DNA of 64,000 nucleotides from a virus: the IMG/VR virus record IMGVR_UViG_3300047444_000198, positions 12,396 to 76,395 of that record. One strand, written 5' to 3'. Both the position numbers and the translations under genes were made by a program. Positions 10,119 to 22,609 of the stretch are shown piece by piece; within the stretch, counting starts at the first letter, position 1; the number at the start of each line of letters is the position of its first letter. The notes under the pieces were generated by a model. The model was not told the DNA's origin. It was given only the letters and a program-made list of their open reading frames with translations, and made no database searches.

Positions 10119-10531
10119 TCAGTACCCGCCGTCGTAGGGGCGGTAGGGGAAGGTGTTGAGCGTGTGGTTGACGTACTGGCCCTGCGAACCCGCCGACCGG
10201 AAGCCCGTCCACACAGCCGGAGGCACGGCGTCGTAGACGTAGGGCTGGTTGCCGTTGACCCACTCCAGGATCAACTGACGGCGGCTCGGGCTGTAGCGCC
10301 CGCTCGCCACCCGGGTCGAGTTGAAGTAGTCGTCCTCCCAGTCATCGACGTCGTCAGCGAAGGTGATGACCGCTTCGTGAATCCGCCGCCGTGCACTGGT
10401 GGTATCAAGGTCCGGCCCGGTCCCCATGTCTGAGGACCGGGCCGTGGCGCCGTACCGGGGGCTGCGTTTGCGGCTCTTGGGTGCGTCACCGAAGAGCGAC
10501 TGCTGTCCAGGAACCTGCCTACGCTGCGCCA
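10119..10531 (-). CDS. KTSC domain protein
   Basis: STRV..GRY...L.LEW.NG..YVYDAVP..VW..F..AGSQGQYVN pattern; probable start MAQRRQ. Confidence 0.75.
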
Positions 10532-10881
10532 TCCCCTTCATCCTGGCTCTCGGGCACGCCACCCGTCCAGCGGAATGTCAGGTTCTTGATGATCTCGTCA
10601 CGCTGCTCGGGCCATGTGGTCAGCATCTCGATCACGGTCTTGCACCTGATCACACCCTCGATGATCTGCGGAATCAGGTCTTGGAGATCCTGCGCCGTGA
10701 AGGCCAGCGGCACTACACACTGCCCCTCGACCCCGGCGTGATGAGCCAACTGCTCCCCTATGGCATCCACAGGGATGACAGCATTCAGTACCAGCACCGG
10801 GTCCTGGGTCTCCTCGAAGAAGGAGATGCCGAGGTTCATCCCCAGGACCCGGGGGATCATCGCAACTTCGTCGTCAGCCAT
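10519..10881 (-). CDS. Hypothetical protein
   Basis: Globular-looking ORF coupled within the operon. Confidence 0.55.
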   Translation of the reverse strand: MADDEVAMIPRVLGMNLGISFFEETQDPVLVLNAVIPVDAIGEQLAHHAGVEGQCVVPLAFTAQDLQDLIPQIIEGVIRCKTVIEMLTTWPEQRDEIIKNLTFRWTGGVPESQDEGDGAA

Positions 10882-10902
10882 GAGGCCGGACCCTAACAGG
10901 GG

Positions 10903-11631
10903 TCAACCGCAGGCCCGCCCGGTAACCGGGTCGCCGCGAAGGACCCACGGACACCAGCCCTGGGTGTGCCATAGCTCCAGCGACTTGGCCAGATTGAGTT
11001 CCGGCTGGACCTCCTGATACACCGGCATCCAGGCGCACAACTGCATGAGGCCCATGGCGTAGTTGCGCCCGCCGCAGTGGCTCCCGGAGCGAGCCGAGGG
11101 GTTGCAGCCCGACTCCCGGTGCATGACGTACATCACCGTCCTCATCTGGCTCTCGGGCCAGCCCACGTCGAGCGCCATCTGGTAGTACTGCGGACACTGC
11201 GCCCACGACGGCGGGTCCGGTGGCGCAGCGGGTGTCTCCGGTGGATGGCAGGAGGCGTCGTCGGTGACGCATACGCCCGCCGCTACTCGCACCGCAGGAG
11301 CAGGTGTCGGGTCAGCCGGTATGGCGTCAGCGGTCAGAGCAGCAGCAGGTGGGGCAGGTGCAGCCACCTCGGCGCTCGCAGTCGGCTCCGGTGGAGCAGG
11401 AGCCGTAGTCGTTGGCTCAACCGTCGCAGGTGGCGCTGTCGTCGGTGGAGCAGTGGTTGTGGGATCGGGTAGGGCGGTTGTTGTAGTGGTTGTCGGCACA
11501 TCGGGTGCCGCAGTTGTTGGCTCATCAACCGTGGTCACCTCGGTGGATGAATGCTGGGGAAGCAGCACCGCCACGCACAAACCCAAGAGGGCTATCAAGA
11601 ACGCGTAACGATACCGCTGGGTGGATGTCAT
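10903..11631 (-). CDS. Membrane-anchored/secreted lytic transglycosylase (SLT-like)
   Basis: N-terminal hydrophobic segment, T/P/A linker, catalytic HRESGCNPSA and MGLMQL motifs. Confidence 0.8.
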   Translation of the reverse strand: MTSTQRYRYAFLIALLGLCVAVLLPQHSSTEVTTVDEPTTAAPDVPTTTTTTALPDPTTTAPPTTAPPATVEPTTTAPAPPEPTASAEVAAPAPPAAALTADAIPADPTPAPAVRVAAGVCVTDDASCHPPETPAAPPDPPSWAQCPQYYQMALDVGWPESQMRTVMYVMHRESGCNPSARSGSHCGGRNYAMGLMQLCAWMPVYQEVQPELNLAKSLELWHTQGWCPWVLRGDPVTGRACG

Positions 11632-12451
11632 GGAACCGTAGCATTGTAAGGTTAGCGCACGGTGTCAAGTCATGAAGGCCTGGGCAGGCGCTTCATCACC
11701 TTCGTCTTTGTTGGCTTAACACCACGCTCGACCTGCATCAGACCATGACCACGAGGATCTGGTACCCAATCGTAGGGACGGCACTTGGGGCAGTCCACGT
11801 CGCTGTACCACACGGTGGCGTCTTCACGAGCACAGCGGGCGCCACACTTGGCGACGACGCCCGCATGCGTCTGATCCTTCAACAGGTGCTTCACGCCTCG
11901 TCCACGTCCCAGATGGAGATGTTGAACGTCGCGTCACTGTCGCCCTCGCCCACCTCAAGGTCTTCGGGAAGCTCGATCCTGACAAGCTCCATGATCGCTT
12001 CCAAGACCTGCCCCCTGGTGGCTTGCGCCGTGCCATCCACATGTTCGACCGAGACGTTGAGCGTAAGAGTGAAGTCCATGGTCCCAGTGTAGTGGTGTTA
12101 GGGTACGGGATGTGTTAAAGTGGGGGAATCTGGTGGAAGATGGGGAGGACGGCCTATGCCCGTGAACGCTGTGGACTACACGAGATGCCGGACCTACGGC
12201 CACGCCTGGTTCGACGCCGACTCAGATTGGAAGTCAGACCGGGGAGTGCCAGTAACGCTGCGCTGTGAGCGCTGCATGATGGAGCGGAGGGAAGTATGGA
12301 GCCGGACCAGCGGACACCTGATGTATCGGACGTACATCAGACCGAGGGACTACCTGTACGCCCGGGGGGAGAGGCCATCGAAGGACGACTTCCGTCTGGC
12401 GATGCTGGCCCTGAGGCTACGGGAGGCCCGCAAGCTCAAGGCGGTCCGGTG

Positions 12452-12850
12452 ATGCCACCCATTACCAAGCCCAAGCCCAAACCCAAGCCGTTCGTCTGTG
12501 ACATCCCCGGCTGCACGTGGGGACTGGATGGTGGGCCAGCGTCCTACGCCATGCCCCAGCACCTCGGGCTGCACAAGTACCACAAGCACGGCATCAAGGG
12601 CGAGACCCGTCTCACCAGGAAGAGGGCCGGAGAACCACCCCAGCCCCGACCCATCGGCCGACCCCCCAAGAACGGGTCCCCGCCCCAACAACGCAAGATC
12701 CGCGCTCTGGACGCCGAGGAAGTGTGCCGCATGGTGCTGGAGACGGTGAGCCCCAGTGGAACCATCCCCATCGACGCCATCGGCGCCTACAACGACTGGG
12801 TCATGGCGACGGAGGCGTTCATGCACAAGATGGTGGTGGGTCGTGCCTAG
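12452..12850 (+). CDS. C2H2 zinc-finger / AT-hook-like DNA-binding protein
   Basis: KPFVCDIPGC...LGLHKYHKH and GRPPK; start MPPITK coupled to upstream stop. Confidence 0.55.
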   Translation: MPPITKPKPKPKPFVCDIPGCTWGLDGGPASYAMPQHLGLHKYHKHGIKGETRLTRKRAGEPPQPRPIGRPPKNGSPPQQRKIRALDAEEVCRMVLETVSPSGTIPIDAIGAYNDWVMATEAFMHKMVVGRA

Positions 12851-13028
12851 ACCACGAACCAAGGGCCGACAACCTGCCGCTGACGGCCGTGTGTACATAA
12901 CACTGCGGCTCGACCCGGGTCTACTGGAACGACTGGACGGGGAGGCCGAGGCGCGCATCGTCAGCCGCACCTTCCTCGTGGAGAAAGCTGTTGACGAGTG
13001 GCTTGAGGCGCACGAAGGTGCAGCATGA
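12843..13028 (+). CDS. Ribbon-helix-helix (CopG-like) protein
   Basis: YITLRLDPGLLERLDGEA...SRTFLVEKAVDEWL. Confidence 0.75.
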   Translation: MPRPRTKGRQPAADGRVYITLRLDPGLLERLDGEAEARIVSRTFLVEKAVDEWLEAHEGAA

Positions 13029-14333
13029 AGCTCGTCACCCAACGCTGCTCCCACTGCACCACATGCAAGGCCTCCCCGGCTCACGCCCTGTACCAGTGCG
13101 AGGCCATAATCAGCCCGCTCAGCCCGGTGGTCACCATGGAGGGCATCCGCCAGATCCAGGAGTCCCTAGCTCAGGAGACCCTGACTCAGGAGACCCTGAA
13201 TCCGCACATCACCAGGACGCGCATCGAGGAAGAGATGAAGAGGGTGAACGAGCTACAGGCCCTTGAGGGGCTGCTGCCCCGGGAACTACTGCCCCACCAA
13301 CGAAGGATGCTGGAGCAGGCCTGGAACACAAACCGTGGACAACGGCTCTCAGAGCGGAACCCTCAGGAGCAGAGGGTCCCTCACCCTCAGGACATGGACC
13401 ACGCGCCGAGCTTCATCAGCCCCCGGCTCACCAAGACGATCCAGACAGCCTGCAAGCAGGACGAGCGCATGGACTTCGCCTGGACCCAGATCACCGGCCG
13501 GGTCCAGTCAGGCCTGGACGACTACATCGTGCAGGGTGTCTTCGATACGTTGATTCAACTTTTCAAGATATGGGACGACGACAAGGCCCAGCGGGACGAG
13601 AGAAACCTCAACAACATCCGTTCCCTCGGGGAGGCCGCTCGTGAAGCACTGGACGCCTTCGAGAGCGCCAAAGACCGAGAGAGCGTCCTGTACATGGTGG
13701 ACACCATGGAAGAACTAGACGCCGCCCTCTACGACCTCACGCAGAAGGACACCTGATGCCCACTGACACTGACGATCCATGGCAGCACCCTGACACCAAG
13801 GCATGGCTGGAGAACACTCGCAAGAGGCTGCCACCCATGATCCGAGACTCGATGATCACCGTCTCCCTGGTACCAGATGAGGCCCGCAACTCTGACCTCA
13901 AGTTCGCCGTCGAGCTAGGGCTCAGCATCATGTTCGACAAGCCGATCCTGTGCGTTATCAAGCCTGGCATGCAGGTCCCTGAACACTTGGTGCGGGTAGC
14001 CGACCTGATCGTGGAGTGCGACTTGAACAACCCTCGGGACCGAGAGCGCCTGGGAGAGGCCATCGCCAAGTTCGCGAAACAGTACGGCGAACCCAACGAT
14101 GACGTGGCCTGAGTGGATGACTCAACTGGAGGTTGACCGCATGCACACGATCCGGCTACGCCGACGCTGGTGGCGGCGGATCAACCTGGAGTGCATCGAG
14201 TGCAACGAGTGCCTGGCCAGTGGGCGCTCAGGGGAACCCTGGCTGACACCAGCCAAGCTGTGGGGCTACGAGCAGATGCACAAGGGTCGAAAGACTCAGG
14301 GTCCACCGATTCCGAATCAGGTACAATCCTGAC

Positions 14334-15452
14334 ATGACCGCAGGAGGGAAGACCGGTGGCATGGAGGTCACCTACGCCCTACGAGGCGACAAGCTCGTGA
14401 TCCTGGCCGCAGACGGCAGTGAGGTCGAGGTGGACAGAGACCGAGTAGCGGAAACACTCGCCACCCGAGAAGCCATCATCAACAGCATCCCCATCGAGAT
14501 CCGGCCTCAGATGGTGCCCGAGCACCGGCTGGACATGGCCCGCACAGCGCTCATCATGAGCCAGTCAGAGTTCTTCGCCAGCAACCCCGACATGGCCCCA
14601 TACTCCATGGAGTGGATGCTGGGCGAGATCATGTACGGCGACCTGTACTGGGTCAGCCCCGACATGTGCTCGTTGCTACAACACGCCGCACCGTCACTGC
14701 CGCCGACCACGCTCACGCCCGACCTGCTGCCATCGAAGTCCGGCGTGCTGTTCTTCGCCACGCCGCTCGTGGGGATTGACGCCCGAGCGGACTTCGACCG
14801 CATCCTCGTGCAGGCCATGGTGTGGGGGCCGTCCAAGTACGACATCGAGAAGGGCACCCGAGCCGACGTTCACCACACGTCTCCCGCACACGAACGAGAC
14901 GTCGCTGTCTACACGGTTCCCAGCGACTCCCCAGCGCTCCAGGAGTACGAGCGCTTCACAGGTGACGGCATCTCCATCGCCACCTGGCGCAAGTGGACCA
15001 TGTGGAGCCCGCTGGGCCGCACCGACTGGCCCTTCGGCTTCGACACCGAGGGGGAGTTCGCGCCGCCCGACTTCACCGACACGCAGTTGGCCTCCATCAT
15101 CGAGGACCGCCGCATCCTGGCTGCCTTCGCCCTGTTGAGTGCACAGGAGAAGATCACCACCACGACCGAGGTGAACCCACCCAACGCCGTACGGAAGCGC
15201 CTGACCCGAGCAGGCCACAAGGTGCCCAAGGTGCGCCTGGTGGACATCCACAAGAGCCACAAGCCGTCGAGTCAGGCCAAGGGTGAGAGGCACGTCGAGT
15301 GGACCCACCGTTGGATCGTCAAGGGTCACTGGCGCCAGCAGGCCTATGGCCCCAAGCGCCAGTTTCGGCGCCCCGTGTACATCTCCAGCCACATCAAGGG
15401 ACCCGACGACCTGCCTCTGATTGAACAGGACGTCGTCAAGGTCTGGAAGTAG
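14334..15452 (+). CDS. Hypothetical protein of a type common in actinophages
   Basis: C-terminal HRWIVKGHWRQQ..GP...HIKGP motif; TACAAT just upstream of ATG. Confidence 0.65.
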   Translation: MTAGGKTGGMEVTYALRGDKLVILAADGSEVEVDRDRVAETLATREAIINSIPIEIRPQMVPEHRLDMARTALIMSQSEFFASNPDMAPYSMEWMLGEIMYGDLYWVSPDMCSLLQHAAPSLPPTTLTPDLLPSKSGVLFFATPLVGIDARADFDRILVQAMVWGPSKYDIEKGTRADVHHTSPAHERDVAVYTVPSDSPALQEYERFTGDGISIATWRKWTMWSPLGRTDWPFGFDTEGEFAPPDFTDTQLASIIEDRRILAAFALLSAQEKITTTTEVNPPNAVRKRLTRAGHKVPKVRLVDIHKSHKPSSQAKGERHVEWTHRWIVKGHWRQQAYGPKRQFRRPVYISSHIKGPDDLPLIEQDVVKVWK

Positions 15453-18400
15453 GGTCTCCCGCCTGATGGAGCACTACTTCGACCGCCAGGGAAACCCGAT
15501 CGGCCTGTTCGCCTGGGCGCGCATGTTGGAAGCCGGGGACAATCACGTGGCCCAGGACTGGATCAAGGGCGTCCGGATCTCCACCGTGTGGCTGGGGCTC
15601 AACCACAACTTCAGCCTGGAAGGGCCACCACTGATCTTCGAGACGATGATCTTCTCCGAGACGGGCGACCTGGAGATGGACGAGTACTGCTGGCGCTGGT
15701 CCACCGAAGTGCAGGCCTTGGCCGGACACGACCAGGCGCTCGCCCTGGTGCGGGATGCCATGGCCCGCAAGTGTTAGGGTTCTACTTCCTATGAGCGCAC
15801 CATGGAACCCCAGCGGGTACCGCGCCCCCCATCGGAACCACCTCCTGAACCGCAGCAAGTGGCACCGGGACAAGCAGTTCCCCTGCTGGTGCGGCGAGAG
15901 CCTGGTGCCGCGCTACCGGATGTTGGTGGATTGCTGCGTTGACTACCTGTACATAGTGGGACCACACGTGTACCTAGACCTGGAGGAGAGCAGTGAGTCC
16001 AGAGCGGATCAGGGAACGGTGTCAGTACCTGATTGAGCGAGGCCAAGGGGACGAGCCCATCTGGACGAGCGCGCAGATGGAGGACATCGTGGTGGCGTAC
16101 ATGCGGGTCCTTGACGAGTATGCCCGAATCCGCACGGGCATTTCTTAGGGCTATACTGGGGACATGATCGATACGAACGATTTCGGGCGGCGGTTCGCTG
16201 ACCGGCTCTTCGACATCTCGGCTGAGAACCAAGGGATCAGCCGGATCGAAGTAGTGCGGCGCTACCACACGGACAGCAAGTACAAGGGGATGGTGGACGC
16301 CATCGTGTGGGCCGCAACGACGGTGATCCAGTCGATCGAGCAAGACGGCTGGGACCCCCTCGGCTCACTGCAAGAGACCTTCCAGCACGAGGTGTCGGGC
16401 CTGCTGGACATCGATGCACCCGGTTCCGAGCACTGACACTGACAATGGCCCTCGTTCACCTTCAAGCCCTACTACCCAGTTCTGATGGTACTGGCTGGTA
16501 CGCCGCCGCAGAAGGCAACATCTGCCGGTGTTCCACCCGCCACTGCCAGAGGCTCGCCGTGGCCTACCACCACCATCCCGGCACCCGTAAGCGGATGTGG
16601 CGGAACAAGTACCGCTGCATGGAGCACCTACCCCCCGGCCTCAACGTCATGTACGGACGGGTCTGGCTGGACCGACCCCCCAAAGAGTCCGTTCGGCCCA
16701 CATCGCAGGGTTCCGCATCGTAGTAATCTCTAGCCATGGCAAGCGTGGCAGAGACAGAGAAGCGCAACCGGTACTGGTTCGAGAACTGGCAGGACTTCAC
16801 CTGCCAGGTGGTGGTCTCCACCCCGGCTCAGCGCTCCCTGCACGTCGGGGCCATCGTGAGCGGCCTCTTCGCCTCGATCCCGATCCCCTACCAGAGCCGG
16901 GACACCGACTCGGGCACCTTCGTGATCCGCGACGGGTGCTTCTGGGTGTACTCGCCCCGGGAGACCTACTGCTGGCCCCTGAGCGAGGCCCAGGTCGCTC
17001 CCTGCCGTGACGGCGTGGAAGTCCGGTGCCCCAACCACCCCGTGGTCACCCTGCGGGGACCGGTAGCAGCCCCGCTCGCTGGTGCCTACGCCAGCATGGG
17101 GCGCTTGGAGGTCTGATGACCTCTGAGGTTCCCATCTACCTGATCCTGTTCGGTGCCCAGGGCTACCGCAGCCACCCGATCCGCTCGATCCGCCACATCG
17201 GCATCGAGCGGATCGAAGAGGACGGACTCATGGTGGTACCACGTTGCAACGTCCACTACCGAGGCTCGAAAGACCTCAGCCCTCGCCGCTTCCGTGAAGC
17301 CGAGGGTGTAGAGCAGGACTACCCGGTGTGCAAGCGCTGTCTGGCCTGGAAGGAATACGACTACGGCGTATGACCAAGCACAACGTGTTCGTGAACGACA
17401 AGGTGCATGTCCGACGCCGCCAGTGCGAGACGTGCATCTTCGGGAAGAACTCCCCGATCAACACCGAGCGTCGCGACGAAATGGTCGCCAAGTGCGGTGA
17501 CGAAGGTGTTATCCCCTGTCACAAGCACATCCACCAGGATGCGCCGATCGAGCCGGTCTGCCACGGCTTCTACGCCCTCAAGGGCAACATGACCCTGCGC
17601 CTGGCGGATGCGCTCGACTACATCGAATGGTGGGACGACTGATGTCGGCGGCTAGCGAGATGACGGCGGTGCTCAACCGCATGCAGGCCTTACTGGATCA
17701 CCTCAAAGCAGAGCCCTGGATCGAGTACGACACGATCTTGGTGCGCTCCGAAGTGATCCTGACAAAGCGGGCCTTCACAGAGCTACAGAAGGTCGCCAAG
17801 GCGATCAGCAAGGTCAGGCCCGAAGACACGAGAGGGCCGGGTGTGCCGTGGTACGAGGGCGTACTGGACGACATGGTATGAGCACCGCCCACCACCGCAC
17901 CGACTGGGAGGTCTACGCCGTCAGCGCCTGCTGGGTGGCGATGTGGGTCGTCCTAGCCATCTGCTTCACCATCCTGGCGATCTACGGCACCATGTTCGGC
18001 GTGGCCACGATGAAGGCGCACTGGCCATGAGCCGCAACAACCGACGCGGTGCAGGCCACAAGAAGCCCGCGCCGAGTGACCGGCGTATGACGCCCCACCA
18101 TGACCGAGAGGTGCGGTATTGGACGCCAGGTGAGGATGACGACGTGCCCTTCGGGTTCCACGAGACGAACCTGGCCCCCTGGGAGCAGCCCTACGCCCTA
18201 GAGGACGACAAGGAGCAGGAGTGATCCGCTACTTCCTCCAGGGTCGCTACGGCCCGTGGTACGAGATCGAGGAGATGCAGTGGGCCGAGGCAGTGGGCCT
18301 GCCCGTGGTGACTCAGCCCGACGACTACCTCTACGAGGAGTACGACCTGCCCCTGATGCGCTGTGTCGTCGTCAACACCGCCAAAGCCTGGAAGGACGAC

Positions 18401-19162
18401 ATCAAGCGAGAGTTCCCCGGGCTCCAGGACTTGATCTGGTTCCCCGACATGCGCTGCGGCGAGTGCGGAGGCCGTCTGGTGGACGAACTGGCCTCAGAGC
18501 CCGACAAGCGATACCCGCGCTACGTCCACGCCACCGGCATGATGGACCGCCATGGTGCCTGGCCCGTGGAACAATGGGACTGATGACTGTCGCGCTGATG
18601 GGCCTCGATGACCGCGTGATGCACCTGCCGAGCGATGAGCACGGCAAGGCGCAGTGCGGCGAGCGCATGCGCGACCCCTGGGCGGCTGGCCCTCTGGAGA
18701 CGATTGCTCAGTCGGCTTCCGAAGCCTGTGAAAGCTGCTTCGATTTCTAGCCACTGACACTGACAACTACGGTGCCGCCGTGCACGTGATGTTGGTGGAG
18801 CGCCTGGACCGCCACAACCGGGTCGTGGTAGCACATGGCACCGTCGATGGTCAGGCCGCAGGCGCGTTCGTGCGCTCCCTGGTCACCGACACGATCTCGG
18901 CCGAGTGTGAGGACGGCTGGGATCTGTGGCGCTGGTACGTGCGTCAACACAAGGGCCGACGTCAAGTCAACAAGGTCAACATCTACCGCGCCTAGCTGTC
19001 AGTGTCAGTGGCCCATAGTGGCCCTTATGTCAAGTCGGGCGCTGGTAGCCGCTCAGCGCGTCGTGGCATCGCTTCCGTTCGGTGCTGTCATGATCGGTGA
19101 TCGGACGCCCACATTCGGGACAGCACGGTTCGTCAGTCACGCCGCGACGCTAGACGCTGTCA

Positions 19163-20936
19163 TCATCGGTACACGACCACCATGCCCACGACGCCGCGAA
19201 GCAACACGACCTCGACGCCCAGGCCGTCGAAGTGCGCCCGGATCTCGTCCATGGGCAGGCTCAGGCTCTCCCCGGTGAGCCCCACCACGAGCACCGGGCG
19301 CCTCAGTGGCGCCGGTCGTGGTTCCACAGCAAATAGATCAAGAGGGCTAGGAACACCATGTCGATCAGACTCATCGGTCACTTCCGAACCGTCCTCGTGT
19401 TGCGCTCAAGCCAGTAGATGTCGTTGATGTCCCAGTCGTTCATGCTGATGGCCCCACAGGCGCAGCGGCGCACGAACACGTGCACGTTGTTCTTGTCGGT
19501 GTAGCCGCCTCGGGTCTGCGTCCAGCAGGTGTGACTCTTGGGCGGGACGATGGCGTCGTGCCACGGCACACCGTTGAGGTTCCACATCTCGGTACCAGAT
19601 GGTGTGTCCTCACGGATGAACACCCCCTGCGGCGGCATGTCCTCGGTGACGGTGTTGAAGAACGGCACCTTGTGGCGCCGCATGAGGACCGAGGTGACGA
19701 CCACGCTGGCGACGAAGCTGATCACCAGAGCGATAACGAAGATCCCGATCATGGTCGCTCCCACTGGATCTGCGCCAGGTAGGCCCGAGCACAGGGCAGG
19801 CAATAGAACCGCGACCCTGGAGCTTCATCGCCTTCGATCTCGATGGCCACAGAGGCCCCCTTGTCGCACGACCCACCTTCGGGCATCCACCGACCGAACG
19901 GGAGCACGCCCTGGTAGATCAACATGCGCTGCTGCTCGTCCGAGAGCCCGTTCCAGCACGTGAGCCCGAACCATCCGGTCGTAGGAGTGTCCATCACGGC
20001 GCCAGCCTCCGTAGTGACACCAGGCACCGCTTGCACGTCACGAACTTGGCGTCATGAGGATTCACGGCGCGACCCTTCTTGGTCCCACACAGAGGCACGC
20101 CATTGACGCGCAGGTGGATGGGCGGCTGGCGCTTCATAAGGCTGGACACTCACCCTGCATGTGCTCCCAGCCCGCCTCGTCAGAGCCGAAGCGGAACCAC
20201 CCGGCCTCGATGGGCTTCCCGCACTTGCGGCACGTCACGACCGTCAAGGGCTGCACCATGGTCTCAACGGCCAGCAGCTTCGGCCCTTGACTCAACCCAT
20301 GCTGCAACTTGACCCCGGTGTCGAACCCGGCCTGGTAGAAGCTCTCGTTCTCAGCCCTCGCAGCGTCCAGAGCGGCCTGTAGCTGTTCGATGGCGTCAGC
20401 GGCGGCGAGTGCATCTCGTGGGGAAGCCGTATCCCGTAGCCGTCGCACGAGGTCGCTGTAGTCGCTCATCGCAGCGCCGCCCGCATGGCGTTGACGACGC
20501 GGCCCTCACTGCTGCCGTCCCGGACCATGGGCTGCCACTTGATACCGTCGTCCACCCTCGTGTAGGGCAGGTGCGCGCAGGCTTCCGTGGACGGGCTGAC
20601 CACCATGATGTTCATGGCTTCACGCACGGTCCGGTCCCCGGCCAGGAACCGCGCCTGTAGCTCCCCGGGGACCAGATCCGGGAACGGGTCGCTGATCTTG
20701 GCCGTCAGACAATACGTGTCCACCGTCAGACAGGCCATCACCACCGGATCAGCTTCCGCCCACTGCGCCGCGAACGCCGCCAGGCCCAGCAACACCTCGT
20801 CCACGTTGTCGGCGCCCATGAGCACCACCATCGTGCCCGAGCGCTGCGTGGTGGTGATCTGAGCGTTCCAGCGCTCCCCGGAGAACATCTCCTGGACGAG
20901 CTTGATCTCAAGTTCCAGCCGCTCGTTCACCGTCAT
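19163..20936 (-). other. Minus-strand block of small hypothetical genes
   Basis: Coupled ORFs 19163-19381, 19378-~19752 (membrane), 19749-20036, 20134-20469, 20466-20936. Confidence 0.55.
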
Positions 20937-21205
20937 GCCGCCGCCGTCCGCTCCACCATGGCCCGCAGGCGCTCGATCTTGTCATCCTGACGGCAGACGT
21001 CCACGAAGGCGATCCCGCCCCATATGCCGTACAGCGGGAAGCCCGCCTCGACGGCCTGGAGCGCCAGGAGAGCGCAGTCGCGCTGCCCCGGGCACCCCTG
21101 GCACACCGACAGCGCCCGAGCCCGCTTGGCCCGCCCCATGCGCCCGATACCCCAGTCGTCGGGGAACATGGACGGAGCATCCGGTAGCTGACAGTTGGTG
21201 ATCAC
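20933..21205 (-). CDS. Second, divergent WhiB-like protein
   Basis: C...MFP...ALSVCQGCPGQRDCALLAL...YGIWGG. Confidence 0.75.
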   Translation of the reverse strand: MITNCQLPDAPSMFPDDWGIGRMGRAKRARALSVCQGCPGQRDCALLALQAVEAGFPLYGIWGGIAFVDVCRQDDKIERLRAMVERTAAA

Positions 21206-21221
21206 TTGCCCCCCAGCACGT

Positions 21222-21476
21222 TCATGCAGTCCTCTTCTGTCGCGCCGGTACCTTCTTGGCCGGTACCCGCTTCATGACCTTCTTGGGCACTTCCTTGGTC
21301 GCCTTGACCGGCTTCACCGGCTTGTCCAGTTGCGGCGCCAGGAACGGCTCCTCTTGCAGGTAGCCCTCCAGCGCCTTGCGGATGATCGTGTTCCGGGGCA
21401 CCCCCGAGTTGTCGCTGAAGGCCACAAGGCGCTCAGCCAGTTCGTCGGGGAGCCGGATGTTCGTGGTATAGGTCAT
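21222..21476 (-). CDS. Ribbon-helix-helix protein with basic tail
   Basis: TTNIRLPDELAERL...GVPRNTIIRKALEGYL. Confidence 0.8.
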   Translation of the reverse strand: MTYTTNIRLPDELAERLVAFSDNSGVPRNTIIRKALEGYLQEEPFLAPQLDKPVKPVKATKEVPKKVMKRVPAKKVPARQKRTA

Positions 21477-21972
21477 TACTGGACAGTACCAGTTAGTTCG
21501 TCCAACAGTTCCCGGAGGTTCCCCAGGGCCTCCGTGTTGCGCCCGGGGTAGGGCTCGTAGATGGCCCCCTCATAGAACGAGAGCGCGGCATAGAGCCACG
21601 ACAAGGCGGCGTCCAGTTGGCGCTGGGAGATCTCCCCACCACCCCCCAGCGTCGTCAGAGCGGCGACACCCATGTGCACGGGCGTGTCCGTCTTCCTGGA
21701 CGAGGCCGAGACCATGCCCTCCGGAATCGGCACCCCTGGCTGCCACCGCAGCGCCAACTCGAACAGCCGGTCCCAGTGAAAGCTCCGGCGCCCGTCCTCA
21801 TCCCGAGGCAGCCGGTAGTACGGCACCGCTTCTAGTTCCATCCCCCTAACCTAGCCCCTGGTACCACCCAGCAACATAGGTCGGAAGGCCCCTTGGTAGG
21901 TAGTAGGGGCGCTCCTGGCCGTGGAAGGACTTGCCGGTCCCTACCCCGTAGGAGCGCCCCTGGAACACTCTA

Positions 21973-22191
21973 CTACTCCTCCCACCGCCCGAGAGCCGCA
22001 TCCCACTGCCTCTGAATGGCCCTGGCCCCGGCAAAGTCCCGAGCCACACTCTCGGGCGTGGAAGAGGGCGGCAGCGCCCCATCCAGGAGCCTCACCATCA
22101 ACTGGTTGGTACTGACCCCCTCCACCACCGCCCTAGCCTTCACGCGGCGCCACAACTCCTCGGGCATGCGAATGCTGGAGTTGTGGCTCAC
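21973..22191 (-). CDS. Arc-like ribbon-helix-helix protein
   Basis: SSIRMPEELWRRVKARA..EGVSTNQLMVRLL. Confidence 0.8.
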   Translation of the reverse strand: MSHNSSIRMPEELWRRVKARAVVEGVSTNQLMVRLLDGALPPSSTPESVARDFAGARAIQRQWDAALGRWEE

Positions 22192-22493
22192 TTGAAGTCC
22201 TTGACCCTCTTCGCGGCCATGGCAGCCATCTTCTTGTCCACCAACCCCTGGAGATCAGTACCACTTGATACCGGCCCAGCAAGGGAGGGCGGTTGAGGGA
22301 TGCCCTGGCGCTTACTCACAGCCTGAGGAGGAGCAGCCCTCTTCGAGGACGGCTTCTTGGTGGGGTCTCGTCCCAAGCTCGCTTCGAGCAGCCTGGTGAT
22401 GAGGTTGTTCAGTGAACGGCTTTCGGCAGTTGCACTCACTTGCAAGCGCTCGTACAACCGATCGTCCATGCGGATGGTCACATTGCGCGTCAT
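22188..22493 (-). CDS. Arc/HicB-like ribbon-helix-helix protein
   Basis: MTRNVTIRMDDRLYERLQVSATAESRSLNNLITRLLE; start trimmed to MTRNV. Confidence 0.8.
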   Translation of the reverse strand: MTRNVTIRMDDRLYERLQVSATAESRSLNNLITRLLEASLGRDPTKKPSSKRAAPPQAVSKRQGIPQPPSLAGPVSSGTDLQGLVDKKMAAMAAKRVKDFK

Positions 22494-22609
22494 ATGCACA
22501 CGATAGCACTCACTTGCACTCATACGCCACCCCCCACACGAGCTACACGAGGAAACACGACAACACGAGGAAATGGCCCTTGACCTGCACAAACGGGTGA
22601 TCAGGGCCG

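Larger units (their letters stand above)
12120..18995 (+). other. Plus-strand block of about 20 small hypothetical phage genes, several Cys-rich
   Basis: Tightly coupled ORFs (e.g. 13025-13756, 13756-14112, 15466-15777, 16164-16436, 16736-17116, 18221-18583, 18780-18995); TAnnnT boxes 6-7 nt before ATG at 14334 and 16164. Confidence 0.65.
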
